DNA of 64,000 nt from Ministeria vibrans ATCC 50519 (lineage: Eukaryota > Protista > Filasterea). Below the pieces are notes generated by a model, which had not been told where the DNA came from, made no database searches, and worked only from the letters and a program-made list of their open reading frames with translations. The stretch is from assembly GCA_943704425.1 (NCBI GenBank), contig CALSCP010001494.1:21512-85511 (forward strand). Reading direction: 5' to 3'. Positions 62,897 through 64,000 of the stretch are shown here, piece after piece; position 1 is the first letter of the stretch; each line of letters opens with the position of its first letter. The position numbers and the translations under genes were made by a program.

Positions 62897-64000
62897 GGCG
62901 AGTAGCTTGGCCTCGCGCTGTTCGGCCTGGTATGCCTCGGCAGCGCACATGAGGATAGAGGGGTCGTTGACCTGTTCGCGGAATGTGTCGGCGATAAGGT
63001 GGTAAGTAGCGGCTGCCTCGCTTGCCGAGGATAGCTCCATGGCAACGGTGATCTCTGCATCGACATAGCCAAGGGCGCGCATCTTACGGGCCGTCTCCCA
63101 TCGGACAAGACACTCGAGAAAGGAGTTTGAGGTGCGGGGCGTTGCCGCAGCGACCTTCATCAGGCGTTTGCTGTGGTCTGTGAACCACGGGTCGCTTGTC
63201 ATCACCTCCTCCAGCGTCAAGCGCTGCTCCGCATTCGGCTCCAACAGTCCCATGACAAGACGGGCGCAGTCTATAACAAAAAGGAATAATGTTTAATAAA
63301 ATTAATAGGTATTATACATGGAAATGAGAGCATACCGACTGAGAGGTATGAGGGAATGTCGAAGTCGCCGACAATCGCCTGTTTGCGGATGAGAGGCAGT
63401 GTGGTGCCGGCAAAGGGATAGGCGCCGGTAAGCATGACATAGAGGAGAATGCCAAGGCTCCAGGCATCGGCGCGAGGGCCCGAGTAAGGTTTGCGCTGGA
63501 GCAGTTCGGGCGCAGCGTAGATGGGTGTGCCGCAAAAGGACGTGAGCGCATCGTCAATGTCGCACTGTCGACTGAATCCAAAGTCAATCAGCTTGACGTT
63601 CATTTGCGAGTCAAAAAGAATGTTCTCAGCCTATAAAAATACACAAAAAGTAAAGACGATACTGAGAGGCTCAATCCAGAACGCGACTGACACACACACA
63701 CTTACCTTAAGATCACGATGGACAATCTTTCGCGAATGGCAATACTGAACGGCTGATACAATCTACAGAGCGGAAACCAGTGGTGTTATGGGTGAGAAAA
63801 GGACAAATCCTGACTTGCAACTGACCTGTCGAAAGACATCTCTTGCTTGTGTCTCGGACATTTTCCCGTGCACAATTAAATGGTCAAACAGCTCGCCGCC
63901 AGCGGCATACTCGGTCACCAGGTAGAGATACTCCGTTGTGTCGATTACGTCGTAGAGACGGACAATATTTACATGGCGAAGCAGTCTAGAGCGAAAACGT
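60476..64000 (-). CDS. MARK/PAR-1-like kinase with UBA and C-terminal KA1 domain; 5' end lies outside the window
   Basis: TEYAAGGELFD, HRDLKAEN, DFGFS and FCGTPIYAAPE; KA1 WEMEIALVP..GVKFRRMGGNSANYKSLC. Contains an internal gap. Confidence 0.88.

Noticed and set aside
1-64000. Non-canonical introns, alternative genetic code, RNA genes, CRISPR arrays, transposons
   Set aside because: All introns I reconstructed were GT-AG and the genes translate with the standard code. No RNA gene, repeat-spacer array or transposase/RT motif was recognised, although no covariance-model search was possible.

Overview
Compact, intron-rich eukaryotic genomic DNA with GT-AG introns, many (GT)n/(GA)n/(TAA)n tracts and several N gaps. 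The centriole genes and animal-like gene families suggest a flagellated opisthokont, probably a unicellular holozoan; this is inference and the species cannot be identified. About 27 protein-coding genes were reconstructed by manual splicing. No rRNA, tRNA, CRISPR or clear transposon was recognised. The main result is a ~15.5 kb block (24673-40117) in which 5 of 7 genes encode centriole or inner-kinetochore proteins: STIL, CENP-W, CENP-C, SPICE1 and CPAP/CENPJ. Four of them form two head-to-head pairs, and their promoters carry CHR-, E2F- and MYB-like motifs. CENP-W and the SPICE1 N-terminus appear only after splicing. Other notable items are a RhoGDI-4xSH3 fusion, a VMAT/VAChT-like SLC18A transporter, a PHD-ankyrin-HECT ligase, a RasGAP plus pseudo-RasGAP tandem, an 85-aa secreted precursor-like protein, a DPF-like protein lacking PHD fingers, and tandem DUF707 genes. 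All homology calls come from recalled motifs, not database searches. Boundaries are manual estimates.
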